DNA of 64,000 bases from Eledone cirrhosa (lineage: Eukaryota): contig OZ024740.1 in the NCBI GenBank assembly GCA_964016885.1, positions 306,094,001 through 306,158,000 on the forward strand, given 5' to 3'. Positions 44,826-60,039 of this stretch are shown one piece after another; the stretch's first letter is position 1; each line of letters starts with the position of its first letter. Both the position numbers and the translations under genes were made by a program. The notes under the pieces were generated by a model that was not told the DNA's origin, did no database searches, and worked only from the letters and a program-made list of their open reading frames with translations.

Positions 44826-47274
44826 AATTTTATATAAGAATCATGTTGAGTTACTTTCTTAGTTATGAAATCATAATTTTAATAATTCCTTCAAAATTAT
44901 TTAATAATTAATTGAATTACAGTGTATTTCATTAGAAATATGGTCATGGAAGAGTTAATAGGAAAATAACAATGAATAAAGTAACAACTATCAGCTGTCA
45001 GTTCAGATGAGTTACAGAACTTAATGAGGAGGTACATATAATACGGAGAAACCAACCAGTAAAACTGAGGAGTTCAGCAAAATATGGATGATGTCGCTCA
45101 AAATAGGTTTGAATACAACTTAAATAGATAAATATTTTTGTATGTGATTATGCTATAGTGATGAACCCTTTAGCATTTGCGTTACTCTATATATACTATT
45201 GTATTTTCGTGGTAAAGGCTTTATCTCGCATAATATTGAATCTAGGACATTTTGATATTTATTTTGAGAACAATACCATAACATCAGTATGAGCAGCTGG
45301 TTTGAACAGAAAGAGGTGAGAGAATTCTGGCCAGATTCAGTCAGTTTAAATGCTAATGGCTTAGTGTACTGATCTTCCATGTGTAATAAAGGCTTGTAAG
45401 ATCATCTGCTTAAAGATCATAGATAAACCAGCTTAACTGTTTAGAAATGAGTTTGAAGATGTCTTTTGTCAGTACTAATGTGATCAAACAAGGGAGCCTC
45501 TACATAGCTGCTTGACCTGCAAGAAATAGCAGCACTATCTTCAAATTACACCCTACTGTTTTTTTTTTTAAATAGGATACTAGATAATTGTTTAACTTTT
45601 TAGTTACCAACCTGACCAAAACCAGCTCTGGTTCTATGTAATAAAACTACTCATTTGAAAGGTTTCCAATTTAAATTAAAATCTTCCAACAATTTTATAA
45701 AAGAATCTTACATTAAGTTACTATCTTAGTAATGAACTAACTAATAATTTTAATAAATCCCTCAAAATTCTTCATTAATTAATTAAAATAGAGAGTGTTT
45801 CATTAGAGATGTGGTCCTGAAAGGGTTAAGAGTCAGGAATGTTGTGGTTGCAATGCTGTAGATTATATGTCTGTAGAAAAAGTAGGGATAAAGTGGCACT
45901 GGCTATAATTCTTGTCACTCTAATCAGTTGTGAAGATTTGTCTCCTGATATTATCAAAATACTTTTTACCCGACTCAATTACTCCTCCACCCAATTAAAA
46001 CTTGCTTTAATCAGTTGACAGTAACTGAAATTCTTCTTCAAAAGCTGGACAGATTTTATGGGTAAAAACCAACCAGCAAGAGACCCATGGGTAGACCATG
46101 AGCAAGATAGTTGTATAACATCCATGAGCTTGGCTGGTTTCACTTGGAGATCCAGACGCATCAGTTGGAAACAGTTGCTTCTGACAGGATCCGCTGGAAG
46201 GAGTGTTTCAGGACTGCCCTCCATGACCCTCACAGGAATAAGTTGACAAAGAAAAGAAGAAAGCTGTACCAAAGAAACATTTTTAAACTCTGTTTCTTAC
46301 AATTTTCTCATAATAATTGTTTCTACTTTTGGCACAAGGCCAGCAATTATCCCAGTGTATTACTGGTACTTTATTTTATCAACCCCTTAAGGATGAAAGG
46401 CAAAGTTAACCTCGGCAGGATTTGAACTCAGATCATAAATGGCCGTAACTCTTTGCTGCAAAGCATGGCGCCCGACCCTCTACCAATACTGCCAATCCAC
46501 CGCCCTATAATAACTGCAAATTTGTACATTGGCATAAATTATTGGACTGTTTTATACCAGAATGCCCTCACTATATTTTCTCCTTACTCTTCAACACCAA
46601 CCCACATGAGACTAGGCTATAAAATCTCTAATTTTACATTATATTTAAATTAAAACCATCCGTCATAATGTTTTGTAAGAAACTTTGTTAAGTTATGTTC
46701 CAAACAGTAGTTTAATAAGTATTTACTAAATCCATCTAAATTCTTGGTTATTTTCAAAAATATCTGTCATTTTTGGTAACAAAAGGGTTAACTCCTACAA
46801 CTGAATTATGATGTATGTATGATACATTCTGTCAGCTATGGCAAAGTGTGGTCAGTAATGTATATTCCTTAGAGAGGTACTACACAATGGCAGCTGTTTG
46901 GGCAACAAACAATAAGCTTCCCTCTACATACAAAGCCAAGTATCACCAGATAAGTGAAGGCTGAAAATGTATATAAATATAAAAGAAAAGCAAGAGAACT
47001 GACTGTAAATAACATTTATTACTAGAATAGTTCTACACACATGAACCAAACAGTATTTCACTGTGAGTATATGACAATGATGCATCTATAACATCCCTCT
47101 GCATTCTTTCCATGTGAATAGCATGCAAGTTATAAGTTACTGCTAACTAGTGTCTCCTTTGATAGCTGAGTCATCACAATACTTGTATTATTTTCATTTG
47201 AACTAAAGTTAACCATTTTAAAATGGAAAATAGCTCAGTATCAAACAAGAACAGTAGTATATTAACATGCACAA

Positions 47275-47455
47275 CATATATATACACATGTACATATACA
47301 TATATAAACATATACACACATATATATATATATACACACATGTATATGTGTGTGTATACACATTCATATACATATATATATATATATACATACACATGTA
47401 TATATATACATACACATGTATATATATATACACATACACGCATATATATATATAA
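47275..47455. repeat. Compound (TA)n/(CA)n microsatellite, representative of many in the window
   Basis: Similar tracts at 9131-9174, 9463-9501, 11887-11969, 22733-22775, 23200-23380, 26751-26783, 48487-48570 and 51517-51605. Confidence 0.95.
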
Positions 47456-48484
47456 AAACAGATACAAACATAGACACAGAGCAGACCATCTTTGTATTAA
47501 CTTCAAGATATCACCAACAATACAGAGAAAGGATCTATATATACTAAAAAGAGGGGAGAAAATGAAAAAAGAAAATCCAAGCAGGTAAAATTGTATAAAA
47601 AAATAATACAATAAAACAGGGTTTTAATATTTATTTTTAAATATATAAATATATATATGTTATGTTGTGTTTATATTTCAAGAATATTTTAAAAGCAAAT
47701 AACTTTATGGAAATGCTCCGTAAGTATATCAGAGATTCATTGAAAATAAGAAAATTCAAACTAAACAGTATAGATTATTTAGAAAGAGGGATAGTTCAAC
47801 TGGCATAAATATATAGAACTACTGGGATTTGAATCTTTAGTTTTGCCTTTAGCTCAGTGATAAAGGCATTGAAATAAACATTAAATAAATCCACATTCTT
47901 AATCTCTTCACTAATGTTTCAGTATTGTATGTGTGTGTTATATTAAAAGAAGCTTAACAGAGTCTCAGTGAAACAGTTTGGCAGAAATATAGTTAACAGA
48001 ATTAAAACAGTCTCTGGAACATCCCAAAAGCGGCAACATGTTCACCGAGAATCAAAACTTCAGATCTAATTTCATTAGTTTATAAAATATTTTAAAATTT
48101 AATATTTGGTGCCACAAACAAAATTTCCTTTGGTTGATGACAATGTTAAAAGATTTAAAGCAAAAAGTCTGCCAGTTAACCAAAATGAAAGTAAAAAATC
48201 AGATGTTAGAGGAATTTAGACAACACTTTGGTCTACTTATAAAACATTTTTTTTTCTCTTCAAGTAGAAACAAAATCCACACCTTTTCAAAACATTTAGT
48301 GACACTTGAAACATTCCTGAATGTTAAATAGATGACACCTTTGATAATAAAGAAAATCTTAAAATGAAAGTGTCATAAGAAATAACAGGTAGAATAAAAG
48401 ATGTCGGTAGGTGAACAACCAGGGGTAAAGAAGGCACAGTGTAATAGAAATATATATATATATAAAAAATTACAGAGTGAGGAA

Positions 48485-48526
<42 letters not shown>

Positions 48527-51525
48527 TGATATATAAATATATATAATGTATAATATATATACATATATAATACATGTTTCTTCCTCAACATCTTCAATAT
48601 TTTTTCACTTTCAGCTGTCCTTTTCATTATTTATAGATATTCAAGATGTTTTATGAATATTCTAAACAAAAAGGATATATATCATTATCGTTTAACGTCC
48701 ATCTTCCACGCTAGCATGGGTAGGACAAATATATTTGCCTGGTATAAACAGTATTTAAAACCAAATTTCCCAATAACATTGTAGATAATGATTTTAATGC
48801 AATCGATTACATACTTGGCAATGAAATATATGTTAATGCTTGGAATAAAACCCTATTGTATCGCTTATCCGTGTTAATCATTCATTCGTTATATATATAT
48901 CCTTTTTGTTTAGAATATTCATAAAACATCCTGGATATCGATAAATAACGAAAACGACAGTTGAAAGTGAAAAGATATTGGTGAAGGGTTGAGGAAGAAA
49001 CACCTATAAATTTAACGAGCCATTATTATTAAATGTTTAAGGTTATATATGTAATAAGGGAATGAGTTTTTGATTATAGCTGAATTCTGAAAACCTTTGG
49101 CTTAATAAGGGCTTTAAACTTCTTTGAAAGAAATATAAAGTTTAAGTTTAAGCCCCTTAATCGCAAGACTGGCCATAACTGACAATCATACTGAAATAAC
49201 AGAACAAAGGAACTACAGAGAAAAAAATGTTAAGTACATTTTGTTTCTACAAATATCAAATTGTGTACAGTTACAGATTGTGTTTTTTTTTTACTATCAA
49301 AAAGGTACATGGATATTAATTTTTTTTGTGTTATTTACCTTTATTATAGAAAAATGGAGGGACAATATACAGTGTTATAATAATAATAAAAGAATATAAA
49401 AAATATACAAAAAAAAAAACAACAAAGGTGGGGTAGAATTATTATATGACAATGTTAATGGAGGGTGCCAGATACCCTGCTGGAAGTAGCAGGGTTCATG
49501 GTTGACATGCAATTACTTTCCATGGGAAAGAATATATACAGTTGCTTGGCTTCAGTGATATAGATGAGAGACCAATGGTATTTACATAAGTTCTTACCGA
49601 CAACTTTCCAGAAAATGGAAGAAAAAAAAAGGGAGAGAAGCTTTCATAATATTTTTTAAGCTCCTTAAAACCCAATAATAATAATAATAATATTAATAAT
49701 GATGATGATGATGGTGTTATGAATTTTTAAATTGGCACAAGGCCAAAAATTTGTAGGGGGAGGGAGACAGTCAATTGAATAATCCCAGGACAAGATGTAT
49801 TTATTTCATCAAATTCCTAGGAGGGTTAAAAACCAACTCAACTGTAGTAGATCAGAATTGAGAACACAGACAGCCATGGATAAATACAGAAAAATATTTA
49901 GTCCAATGTGCTGCTGATTCTGCCACTCTAGTCTTGATGATGATGATGATGATGATAGAGATACTGATGGGGATTTCTTTTTAGGCACAAAGTTGCTTAT
50001 GTAATAGAGAAGGGAAATGGTAAATTGTATAGTAACAGAATATTACTGGAATTTGTATCAACCTTCCAGGTATGAATAGCTAAGTAAACCTTAGTGAAAA
50101 ATGACCTTGAAAAAGTATGGCAGAAAACTAGAAACTGTAAAGCATCTATCACTGCTCTCTACCTTCTTTGCCAATCCACTGATCTGTATAATAAAATAAC
50201 AACAACAATAATAATAATGATTTGTTACATGCACATGAAATTTCAGTTTTATAGCTGGGAAAAAATTGGAAGGTATGACTCATGCTTTCTTAAAACATGA
50301 GTATCATCAATTAGTTCTTGGCTGGGAATCAAAGCAGGTTAACAAACTTGGTTTTGCACCATAATTCCATATATTATAACAAATTAACAACAATAATAAT
50401 ATTGAATTCTAACATAGGCCTAAGCCCACAGTACTTAATTGGTACTTATTTTATCATCCCTGAAAGGATGAAAGGCAAAGTCAATCCTGGTGAGATTTGA
50501 ACTTAACAATATAAAAGTATTTTTTTCTTATATTCTACAAAGTCTGCCACCCTCTGCTCTATCAATAATAAACAGTTATGCTTAACTTGATTCAAAGCCC
50601 TTTACTCAAAAAATCTCTTATAAACATTAAATTAACAGGTAAAAAATTCAATCCGACAAAGTAACAAATCATTTGTATGCATGTATGTGTGTGTACACAA
50701 ATTATGATATAAAACCTATACCATAGGTTTTATACATTTGTATATATACTTTAATCAAATTTTCCACTACAAACTTGTATTGAGCACTCTTAAGTTTTAG
50801 TACAAAATAGTAAGTATGTGTATGTGCGTGAGATAGAGACATTGATAAACAAAACAACTCCAGACATCTACACCAAATATACAATGACATCAAATAATAT
50901 ATGATTACCCAGTGTCAACTTTATAGAAATACAGTCTACTGCTATCAAATTTAACAACAAAATTCTTAGAGACCTACATTGAATATATTATGAAAATAAA
51001 CTTTGATGTCAGAAAACACAATGGTCGTGAGATTAATGTGCTGCACTGGTAACTATATAGTAAGCTCAGATCTTACAATAGCCATTGGCTTGTACAAATG
51101 AGCAAGGTACACAGCGAGTACTTAAATTCACCTGATGGAACACAATTTCAACTCTGTATTTCACTATTATGTGGTTAGTGATAGAAAGTATTACCATCCA
51201 ATTGTAAAAACAACTATGTCAAAAATGAAAGGATATATATATATAAACAGTAGGATAAAAATAAGCCCACAAACAAAGTACTAGTCATTTCATTTTAAAG
51301 CCATGATATAATAAGGCTTTGAATTTAGAAATATATATTCCTTAGACTATTAACTGTTTCTTTTTTTTCTTTTTGTAAAACATTTCGAAACATTGTGCTT
51401 ACAAAGAAAAGAAAAAAGAGTAAAAGGTAAATTATGCCCCCTTCACCCATTCCCATAGCCGAAAATGTGGTATACAGCCCACCCCTAATTTTTGCCACAA
51501 GCACCCTAAATTAATATATATATTA

Positions 51526-51597
<72 letters not shown>

Positions 51598-54500
51598 TAT
51601 ACACATAAACATGCCAAACAAAGATTAGAGAGGATTCTTCAGCTGTGCGAAAGCCACGATCTCCCTAGTGCTGGTGTCATGACAAAATGCATGGCATGCT
51701 CTGTAGAGCGTGGAAATGTATGCAAGCCAGACTAGATTCTGGTCTATCTGAGAGATCAGTGGCTCCAACTTAATACTGAATTGGTTAATAATGACTTGAC
51801 TGGCTCTAGCTAGCAAGCAAAACATATGTTAAATGATGACAACATACATAAATACACATCACCATCATCATTTAACATCTGCTTTCCATGCTAGCAAGGG
51901 TTGGATGAGCTTTTACAGAACCTGTCAGTAGTGAAGCAGAGTGATTGACCTCCTAGACAGGCCAAGAGTTTGCATCACATTTTATTGTGGCACCAGTATT
52001 AAAGAAGTCATGTGTTTGACACAACTGAAGAGTACTCCTGACCCTTTGTTTGGCAAGCTTTCTACACCTGAATGTCCTTCCTATCACAAAACATTTTACA
52101 GTTAATAAACATTATCACAAATTGTCAAGCTAAATTCAACTGTGGCTGTGTTCTCCTTATGAAAGCATGCATATAATACAATTAAGAGAGAATTTATAAA
52201 ACCAATGAGTCTTTGTTGACCATTCAAAGATACTGATAAAACTTTACTGAAAGCTAGAGAATTGTAGGTGAAGAATATAGTCAGTTACTGAGTGAACATC
52301 TATATATTATTACTGGTTCTATCAATCCCAACAGAATTTGATGTGTGAACATAAAGGAACGTAATTAAATATTGCCTCTATCATAAATACATACATCCCT
52401 TTGCTAATCTACTGCCCTTCAAAATAATAATAATAATAATAATGGTTTTTAGTTAAATCAATCTCTGAAAGACAATGTTTCCCCAATCCAATCTAACACC
52501 AGTGTTGTGAAAGTGACTTTTCTTGGATGTTCGAAAGAGATTCATATCAATTTTTGGAGTGGAGGAGTTATGTTTTGTCATGCTAGTGAAGGGATGTTTT
52601 GTGGTGGTGGTGGTGGTGGTGGTGGGATATTTTGAAAAGTCAGAAAAGAAAGCAAAAATATTTCAAAAACACTGGCAAGAAGGAGCATTTTTCTAAATAT
52701 ATATAAACATTCATATATGCTTAAATACATGCATATAGAAATATATACACAAGCTGAAGAAGTGCTTCTATGGGCCTGCTACAGTCTCTAAAAGCATGTA
52801 AAACTGATAGGCATTTCCCTCATCCCTAACTTATGAAAAGATGTGTTTGAGTATGATCTTTAACACTGACACATCCACAGATATATGAATGAAGGATGTA
52901 GTCATTGGCTAACCTCTGCTTTAACAGAGGAAATAAGCTTAAAATGGTTGCTGTGTAGTCACTTGACCCCTGTATCTAACTGACCCCAATCTCTAACTGG
53001 TATTTATTTTATTGACTATTGAAAGACGAAAGACTAAAACAAAATGAAGTGTTTGTGTGAGTGCATGTGTGCATACACACAATCTTAAGATGTGAAACCA
53101 TACTGCTGCACCAAGATCTACTTCTACTAATTATGTATATAGCAATCATTGCCCACATTACTACACTGAAACTTACTTAAATCCAAAACCATGTGTTCAG
53201 GGCAATAAACAGACCTACAGGGCAATAAACAGACTTCATCTTGATGTTATCAGACCCAGAACAACTTGTATCCAAATAATATGCTAAGCTGTCACTCACA
53301 TTTGAAAGATATTTATGTTAAGTTGTCAATAATAGGCAGTCATCTACAAGTGTGATAAGAGTCAGATACTGATTCTACTGTATGTCAATTCTAAATAGAA
53401 GCACCTGAAACTATATTTGAAGGCATTCATGTATGAAACAAACATGATGATGACAAAAAAACCCAATAGACAATGGCATCAACCTTAGAGTAAATGTCAA
53501 GTGAATGGGAGAACAGGATAAAATGTGAAGAGGAGAAAATAATGAAGTTAAAACAACCAATGGAGTCATACAACCAGAATCTGAGGTTGTTTAAGCAGTA
53601 GTATTAGTAGCAACAACTGCTGCTGTATACATTATTAGTTCAGACACGTGAGTATGTCCCCCAGTATTGCTGGTCTAACCTATTCACACACTACATTGTT
53701 TGGACTGTCAACCAGCAGTGATGTCCACAGTACGTTTCTTTCACTTGTTCAATTGTTGACATTTAACATTGTATATATAATGAATGTATAATGTCCATCT
53801 GCTTTTCTAACTTTTGTTACAATATTTCTAATGAAATACATTGAAAATCATCAAGAATTTGAGGGATTTAATAATTAACTATCTCATTATTAAGTTGATG
53901 TCTGAAGCATAACCTGACAAAGGATCTTATATAAAATCATGATGGCATAAATAAATATAAATATTTTAACATAAACAGCACTGTGGTGGTTTGGTATCAA
54001 AAGGATTAAAAGTCAATGCTATTGCATAGTTCACAACTCTGATATAAGCAAAAATATCTTACAACATAATCTGTCAATTGTGACAGACTACATACAACAG
54101 TTCATAAGTGTAACACCACCACTAATGATTGTGTGCTATAATTTACATCCGTCAAAATAATACATGTTACACATGATAGACTAATATCATATGACAGCAG
54201 TATCACAATTTTTCCTTCACCAATTCTTAAAAGAATTATTTTATTAGAATGTAGAATGAAAGACATTCAGATTTATAGCATTAGCAGTTTCAGATTATAC
54301 TTTTATACTTTTATCAAACATAAGTAAAAAGAAAAACTCTTCCAGCATTACATATAAACAGATGTAAACACCATATCTGTAAAGACAATATTTTATAAAC
54401 AGAAAAAGAAGGATCAGCTAGACTACTTTCAATCCTTGTTTTGGGATTTCATCAGTGACTTATAAAATCTTTCACTGTCTACAAATATGTTGGATAGAAA

Positions 54501-56835
54501 CCCACCATTTCCTGTAGCTTAAACATAAACTGGATAGACTAATTTGTATATATTTACTAGTCTAGTATCAACAATTGATAGTATAGTACAAAATAATTGT
54601 AGTGTGATATCAGTAGTATAAACAACATTTATTGTAGCACCAATAGTAGAAAAAATAACTAGTTTACTACCATTAGTATAGAAAAGAATTACTTTAGTAC
54701 TATAGAACTGAGAGATTACCTAGAGTTGAGAAGACCCTTTAGCCTTGCAGGGAGCAAGGCAATTTTTCTAGAGTTGGTTCATGATAAAACACACACAGTA
54801 CACTCAGTAAAATGTTTGGTGTTAGGAAAGGCATCTAGCCATAAAAACCATGTCAAAAATGAACATATGAGCAAGATGTGCTCCTCTGACATGCCTAGGA
54901 GGGTAGTAAATTTCAATAAGAACTAACTCACTGAGAACCTGCCAGTATGGAAAGTGGATGTAAATGTTGGATGATTTAGTATTTCCTTAGTAACCATGTC
55001 ACTGAAGATATTGGATTGCTTTAACACCAATAAAGAAGATAGAGAAGGATTCTTAAATTTGGAACAGGCCATTTTTGCAGAAATTTCTTACAGTACATTA
55101 CTGGCATATAATTTATAGAATCTAGGTAAAAAACAAACAAAAAGTAATGACCACTAGATATTTAATCTAATGTTCTACAAATTCAGCCAGACTACAGAAC
55201 TTTGGATCTTTGTTGGTTTTGATGATGAACATTCCACAGATATATGTACCCTTTCTCAGGAAGATTCAGTGAGACAGTGTGTGACATGACTGGCTTCTTG
55301 AATTACAAGTACACTCCATTGGACAGGCTTCCAAACATTTTCTGTTCACACAATCTTGCTTACAGAGCTGAGGTCAGCCTATGTCTGTGGTAAATTGAAC
55401 TTGCCCAAGATACCACATGGCGAATATGTTGAAGACACTTTTTCCATTTCATACAAGAGTTAATCTAATACTTTTTTGTAACTGTTCCCCAGGTTTGCTT
55501 TTCATTTTTAACCTTACCCTATATATAATTTATAATTACATATATTTATAATTTACATATACACACCAACAACAATTTATCTCTTATGCAGAAAGCCACA
55601 ATTTATAAGGGGTAGGAATAAGATTATGTGACGTATGCATTTGGGAAAGGTATGAGTGATATTAAGTGAAGTGAATTAAATTCACTTAGAATTCAAAAGT
55701 AGGTTACGCATTTGGCTTGGCTCTAGCTTTATAGTACTTCTAAAATATTAATAACTATTGACAATGTTAATAGTTAATTAAAACATTAAAAAAATTGGAA
55801 CTTTGAATCAACTAGCAGAAGACCCAGGGGTAGACCTCGAGCAAGATGGTTGGATAACATCCATGAGCTTGGTTGGTCTTGCTAAGGAATCAAGGAGTGT
55901 GCAGACTGACAACTAAATAAGTAACCCAGGAGGAAGAATCCATTGTAAACTGAAAGACAACAGCAACAACTGTAGTTTCATAAACAATGTACCCATGAAT
56001 AATGAACTGGGCACCCTACTCATGTATAACTGATCAAGAATTTCTCAATAAAACAATGGAAATAAGTTTCATAAATGAAATTACAAGTGCAGAGACAGAC
56101 TACATTGGAAATGAGATATTTCCAACCACTTCAGAAGAGAAGGAACATAAATATATATACTTTGTTATCTATACACACAAACACATCAATATTTGTAAGA
56201 AGAACATAAGAGTGCTCAATATGTAATAATTCTTTTTAAAATATTAACATATGAGAAAATACAAATTCATCATTTCCCCGCCATAAATTAGCAGTTTTCA
56301 AATTTAATGAATACCTTTATGCATACATACACACACACACAGACACACATTATAGAAATGTTCTCAAAGATATCTTGAGTATGAGTGGCCATAAACAAAA
56401 GATGTGTTTCAAGACAGCCATTTTTTTTGTTTGTGTTTTTTTTTGCAAAAGAAATAAATAATATTAAAATAAGTTTGTATGATTTAACAAGATAAAATAG
56501 AAAAATCAAGAAAAAAAAGCCCCACGTTTTTTTTTGTTTGTTTTCAGCATTAATTGTTGGTACTTTGAATAAATTATATAGTTTTATCTTTACATGAGGA
56601 TATAGTTCAGTGTTGTGATGGGATTGAATAGAAAAATAAACAACCTTGTTAAACTATGAAACAATATTCTCCTCCAAGAAGGAGAAGTGAGGAATTAGGC
56701 AAGGAAGGAGCATTGGTACAAAGAGTGAAGTAAGAAGAAACTATATCTACATAAGAACACAAATAGTCTGTTGATAGGAGGGAGGAGGAAAAAGAGAGAG
56801 AGAGAAAGGAAAGGGCATAAGTCAGTGTAAGATCA

Positions 56836-57621
56836 TTATGCAATTCCTATATTTTCTTTTAAAGTTTTGTGGGGCATTGAGCTTTCATTTTTATCATGTC
56901 CACCACAAGACAGCCTCGCAGGAATCATATGCTGAGAGGCAATATTCTGTGGGCTGTATGTATTCAAAGACTGTCCACATCCAGGCATGCATGCAATTGA
57001 ATGAGTCCATGAGGTAGGCAGAGGTGTGGTGAAATTATTCAAGGTGTTTGGCTCACTATGATGGTTATTGAAGTAACTGGGTGAAAGACCCGCAGGAGAC
57101 GTGGCACCATTGCCACCAACATTGTAGCCAAGTTGTGGGTCAAAGTCAAACTTCTCATTATGCCAGCTGTATGGCCGTGTTGAGTGGCACATTATCATAG
57201 TGCCAGTGCTGCTTGGATAACATGCAGACAACCGCCGACAATCCATATCATGGTTCGATGCAGAGGAATGCCGAGAATCTGTGGATTTTATGGTGCCAGT
57301 ATCTGTAGAGCAAAAACTGCCACTGCTGTGTTGCATCAATAATAAGTGATCGTTAAAAAGTGCAGTGATGAAAGGCACAGAGTTCCGGTTGGCCTCAGTT
57401 CTGATTTTCTCCAATTCAGGGTGTAAAATTTCTTTTTGATTTTTCAGAGAAATCTTGGTTGGTGATTTTGGTTTGGCATCCGTATTAGAGACACTATTGT
57501 CAGGATCTGAGGTAGCTGTACTAGAACTGGGTAGCTGAGAAGGTTGTGAGAGAGTAGCTACTGAAGGTGGGTGATGCAGTTGAAGATGTGATTCCAGACT
57601 AACAGAATCTGCTGCTGATGT
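56836..57621 (-). CDS. Terminal coding exon of the same unidentified protein (TSAADSVSLE...KENIGIA*)
   Basis: ttcttgcag|ACATCAGCA acceptor, 261 codons plus TAA; GC content higher than flanks. Confidence 0.88.
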   Translation of the reverse strand, partial: TSAADSVSLESHLQLHHPPSVATLSQPSQLPSSSTATSDPDNSVSNTDAKPKSPTKISLKNQKEILHPELEKIRTEANRNSVPFITALFNDHLLLMQHSSGSFCSTDTGTIKSTDSRHSSASNHDMDCRRLSACYPSSTGTMIMCHSTRPYSWHNEKFDFDPQLGYNVGGNGATSPAGLSPSYFNNHHSEPNTLNNFTTPLPTSWTHSIACMPGCGQSLNTYSPQNIASQHMIPARLSCGGHDKNESSMPHKTLKENIGIA

Positions 57622-58162
57622 CTGCAAGAAGAAACAATACAAATTGAAATGTTCTCATCTATTGGAAGAATGAAGTAAATAAGAAAACTGATATTGATTG
57701 ACAGAAAAAACATAAGCTGGTGTACAAGTTCGTTTTAATATATAAAATATTGACAGTTAAGAATAAATGAAACTGATCATCCAAACTTAGATCAACACAT
57801 AAGGCACCATACATTCACATACATTGTCATACACATGCTCTCCCATACACACACCTAATGAATGAATGTATGAATGATCATCGATTGACAAGACTCTCAG
57901 ACTTCATTCGCTTACCGAGTAGGGTGGAGATTGTCAAATAAGACCAAGGAAATAATGTTTCCATTGGTCTTTCAAATTGCTAATACTATCTACTAGTTGC
58001 AACTCTTGGCAGAAGGAGCAACATGAAATAAAGTGTCTTGCTCAAAGACATAACAGATCGTCCAGACTGGGAATTGAACTCACAACCTCACCATGAGCCT
58101 ACACACACACCTAAACAAAAATAAAGATTATGTGAATATACAAATAATCAAGAAAATCTCAC

Positions 58163-59523
58163 CTGATTTCTGGGAGCCTCAACAGTTGTATCAACGGGTA
58201 ATGTTCTTGTAGATTTCTCCCTGACATTGCTTAGATGGTTGGAGGTGCCATTAGGAATTGATGGTTTATTTGTCACTTCTCCATTTGATGATGATGATGT
58301 TACATTCTCATGCATATTAACAGATTCTGATTGCTGTGTATGATTAACAAGGTCCAGCACATCAGCCTTGGGTGTAGCTTTAGGGGAAATACTTGGCGAT
58401 GCAGTTGTAGATGCTACTGATAGTAGGTTTGCGTCTGTAGTTCGCTGGGGTGGAAGTTCGGTTAATAACACATCTGGCAAAACATGTTTTGGAGTGGCAT
58501 CAATGGCATTAAATGTTGCCCTTGTCATTGGGATCACAGCTGGATCAGTTTTTACTATATTACACATGGGATCAGCTTTCCAGGAGGGATCTGAAGGGGC
58601 TGCTGTTATAGCTTTCCACTGTGATCCAGCAGATACAGGACATGTCATTTGGTCGGTGCATATGGCAGCCAAGTTTTTATTCCAAGCACCAGGAACTGGA
58701 GATTCGTTATTTGTCCAAACACTATTCAGTTGTGAAGGACTTAATTTCTCAGGGGGACCTGGTGGTAAACCACCACCTCCCCAAGCTACACCAGCACCAC
58801 AAGGTGAAATAGAGTCTAATGCAACCATTTTTGCCCATGAAGCACTACCAATATGATCAATGGCACCAGGTGTTGAAGGAAGATTCTGATTGGATGATGG
58901 GCCATTATAGTTGATAGAAGGGAGTGGAACCATGTTTTTGGGATGCAAGCGTGAGTCTATGTTAACTGGATGAGCAGCAGAAAGAGGAGGTGGTAACGAA
59001 TAAAGGTTAGTATTGGTGTTATCAGTTATGGGATTGTCTACTGTTAAAGTATTTGGCTCTCCTGAAGAATTGTTTTCTACATGGAGCAGACAATGTTGTT
59101 TGAAGCTGTCACCTCGACTTACTGGCTTGCTAGATTTTTCTCCTGGTGTTGACTGTTGTGAAATCACTGGACTTGAAGATCCAGTAATTGCATACTTTAT
59201 AGGAATTTTGCCATTAAATATAATTTGTTGAGGAGAAGGCGTGGCAGAATTTAATTGGCCAGGTTGAGGAGATGGTTGTTGTTGCTGTTTTGGTGGTGGT
59301 GGAGGTGGTTGTTGTTGTGGTTGTTGAGGTGGAGGTGGGGGTGGTGCTGTTGGTTTGGGTGGTTGTTGACGTATGTGGCCTCTATAGCTGCTGGGGGAAT
59401 GCGAACTAGCAGGTTTTGAGTTGGGACTGCTCCCAGCACGACCAGTTGATTTATAGACTTCTATTGGCCTGTTGTCAAATTTAGGGCTTCTGTTAGTTGA
59501 TCCTGGGGCTGATAACATATAAT
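58163..59523 (-). CDS. Penultimate 1361-nt exon of an unidentified Pro/Gln/Ser-rich, probably disordered protein; no further upstream exon could be identified in the window
   Basis: ctctctag acceptor, CAG|gtgaga donor, 453 open codons with PPPPPP and QQQQ tracts; joins in phase 0 to the next exon. Confidence 0.88.
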
Positions 59524-60039
59524 CTAGAGAGAAAGAAAATAATGAAAAATATGATTTGAAAAACTTTACATTTATAATATTCAATGTTTTTTAGAAAATA
59601 GTATTTTGTTTGAAATCTACCACAAAGCAAATTGGACGGCAAATGTTAAACATATGATAATAATGATGCAGGTTTTTATAGGTCCTTATATTTTGGGATA
59701 AAACCCCTTTATCAAAAGATTAATAAAAGAAACTAATTCAGAGTTATATATTTTTTGTCACTCTTAAGCTGCCATATTTTGAAATATGAAAGTTGTGGTT
59801 AATTTTTCAAGATTTAATAATAGTGATAACAATAGTTTCTAATTTAGGCACAAGGCCAGCAATTTTGTGGGCAGAGAAATTAATTAAATTAACCCTTCTA
59901 CTTGTTTCATACTTTTTTCTATTGATCCTAAAAAGAGAAAATATAAGCTCAGCAGGATTCAGACTCAGAACGTAAAGAACCATAACAAATATAATAAAGC
60001 ATTTGATCTGATGCTCTACTGATTCTACCAATTCATGAT

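Noticed and set aside
58368-59231. Plus-strand ORFs of 162, 63 and 72 aa
   Set aside because: Antisense shadows of the large minus-strand exon.
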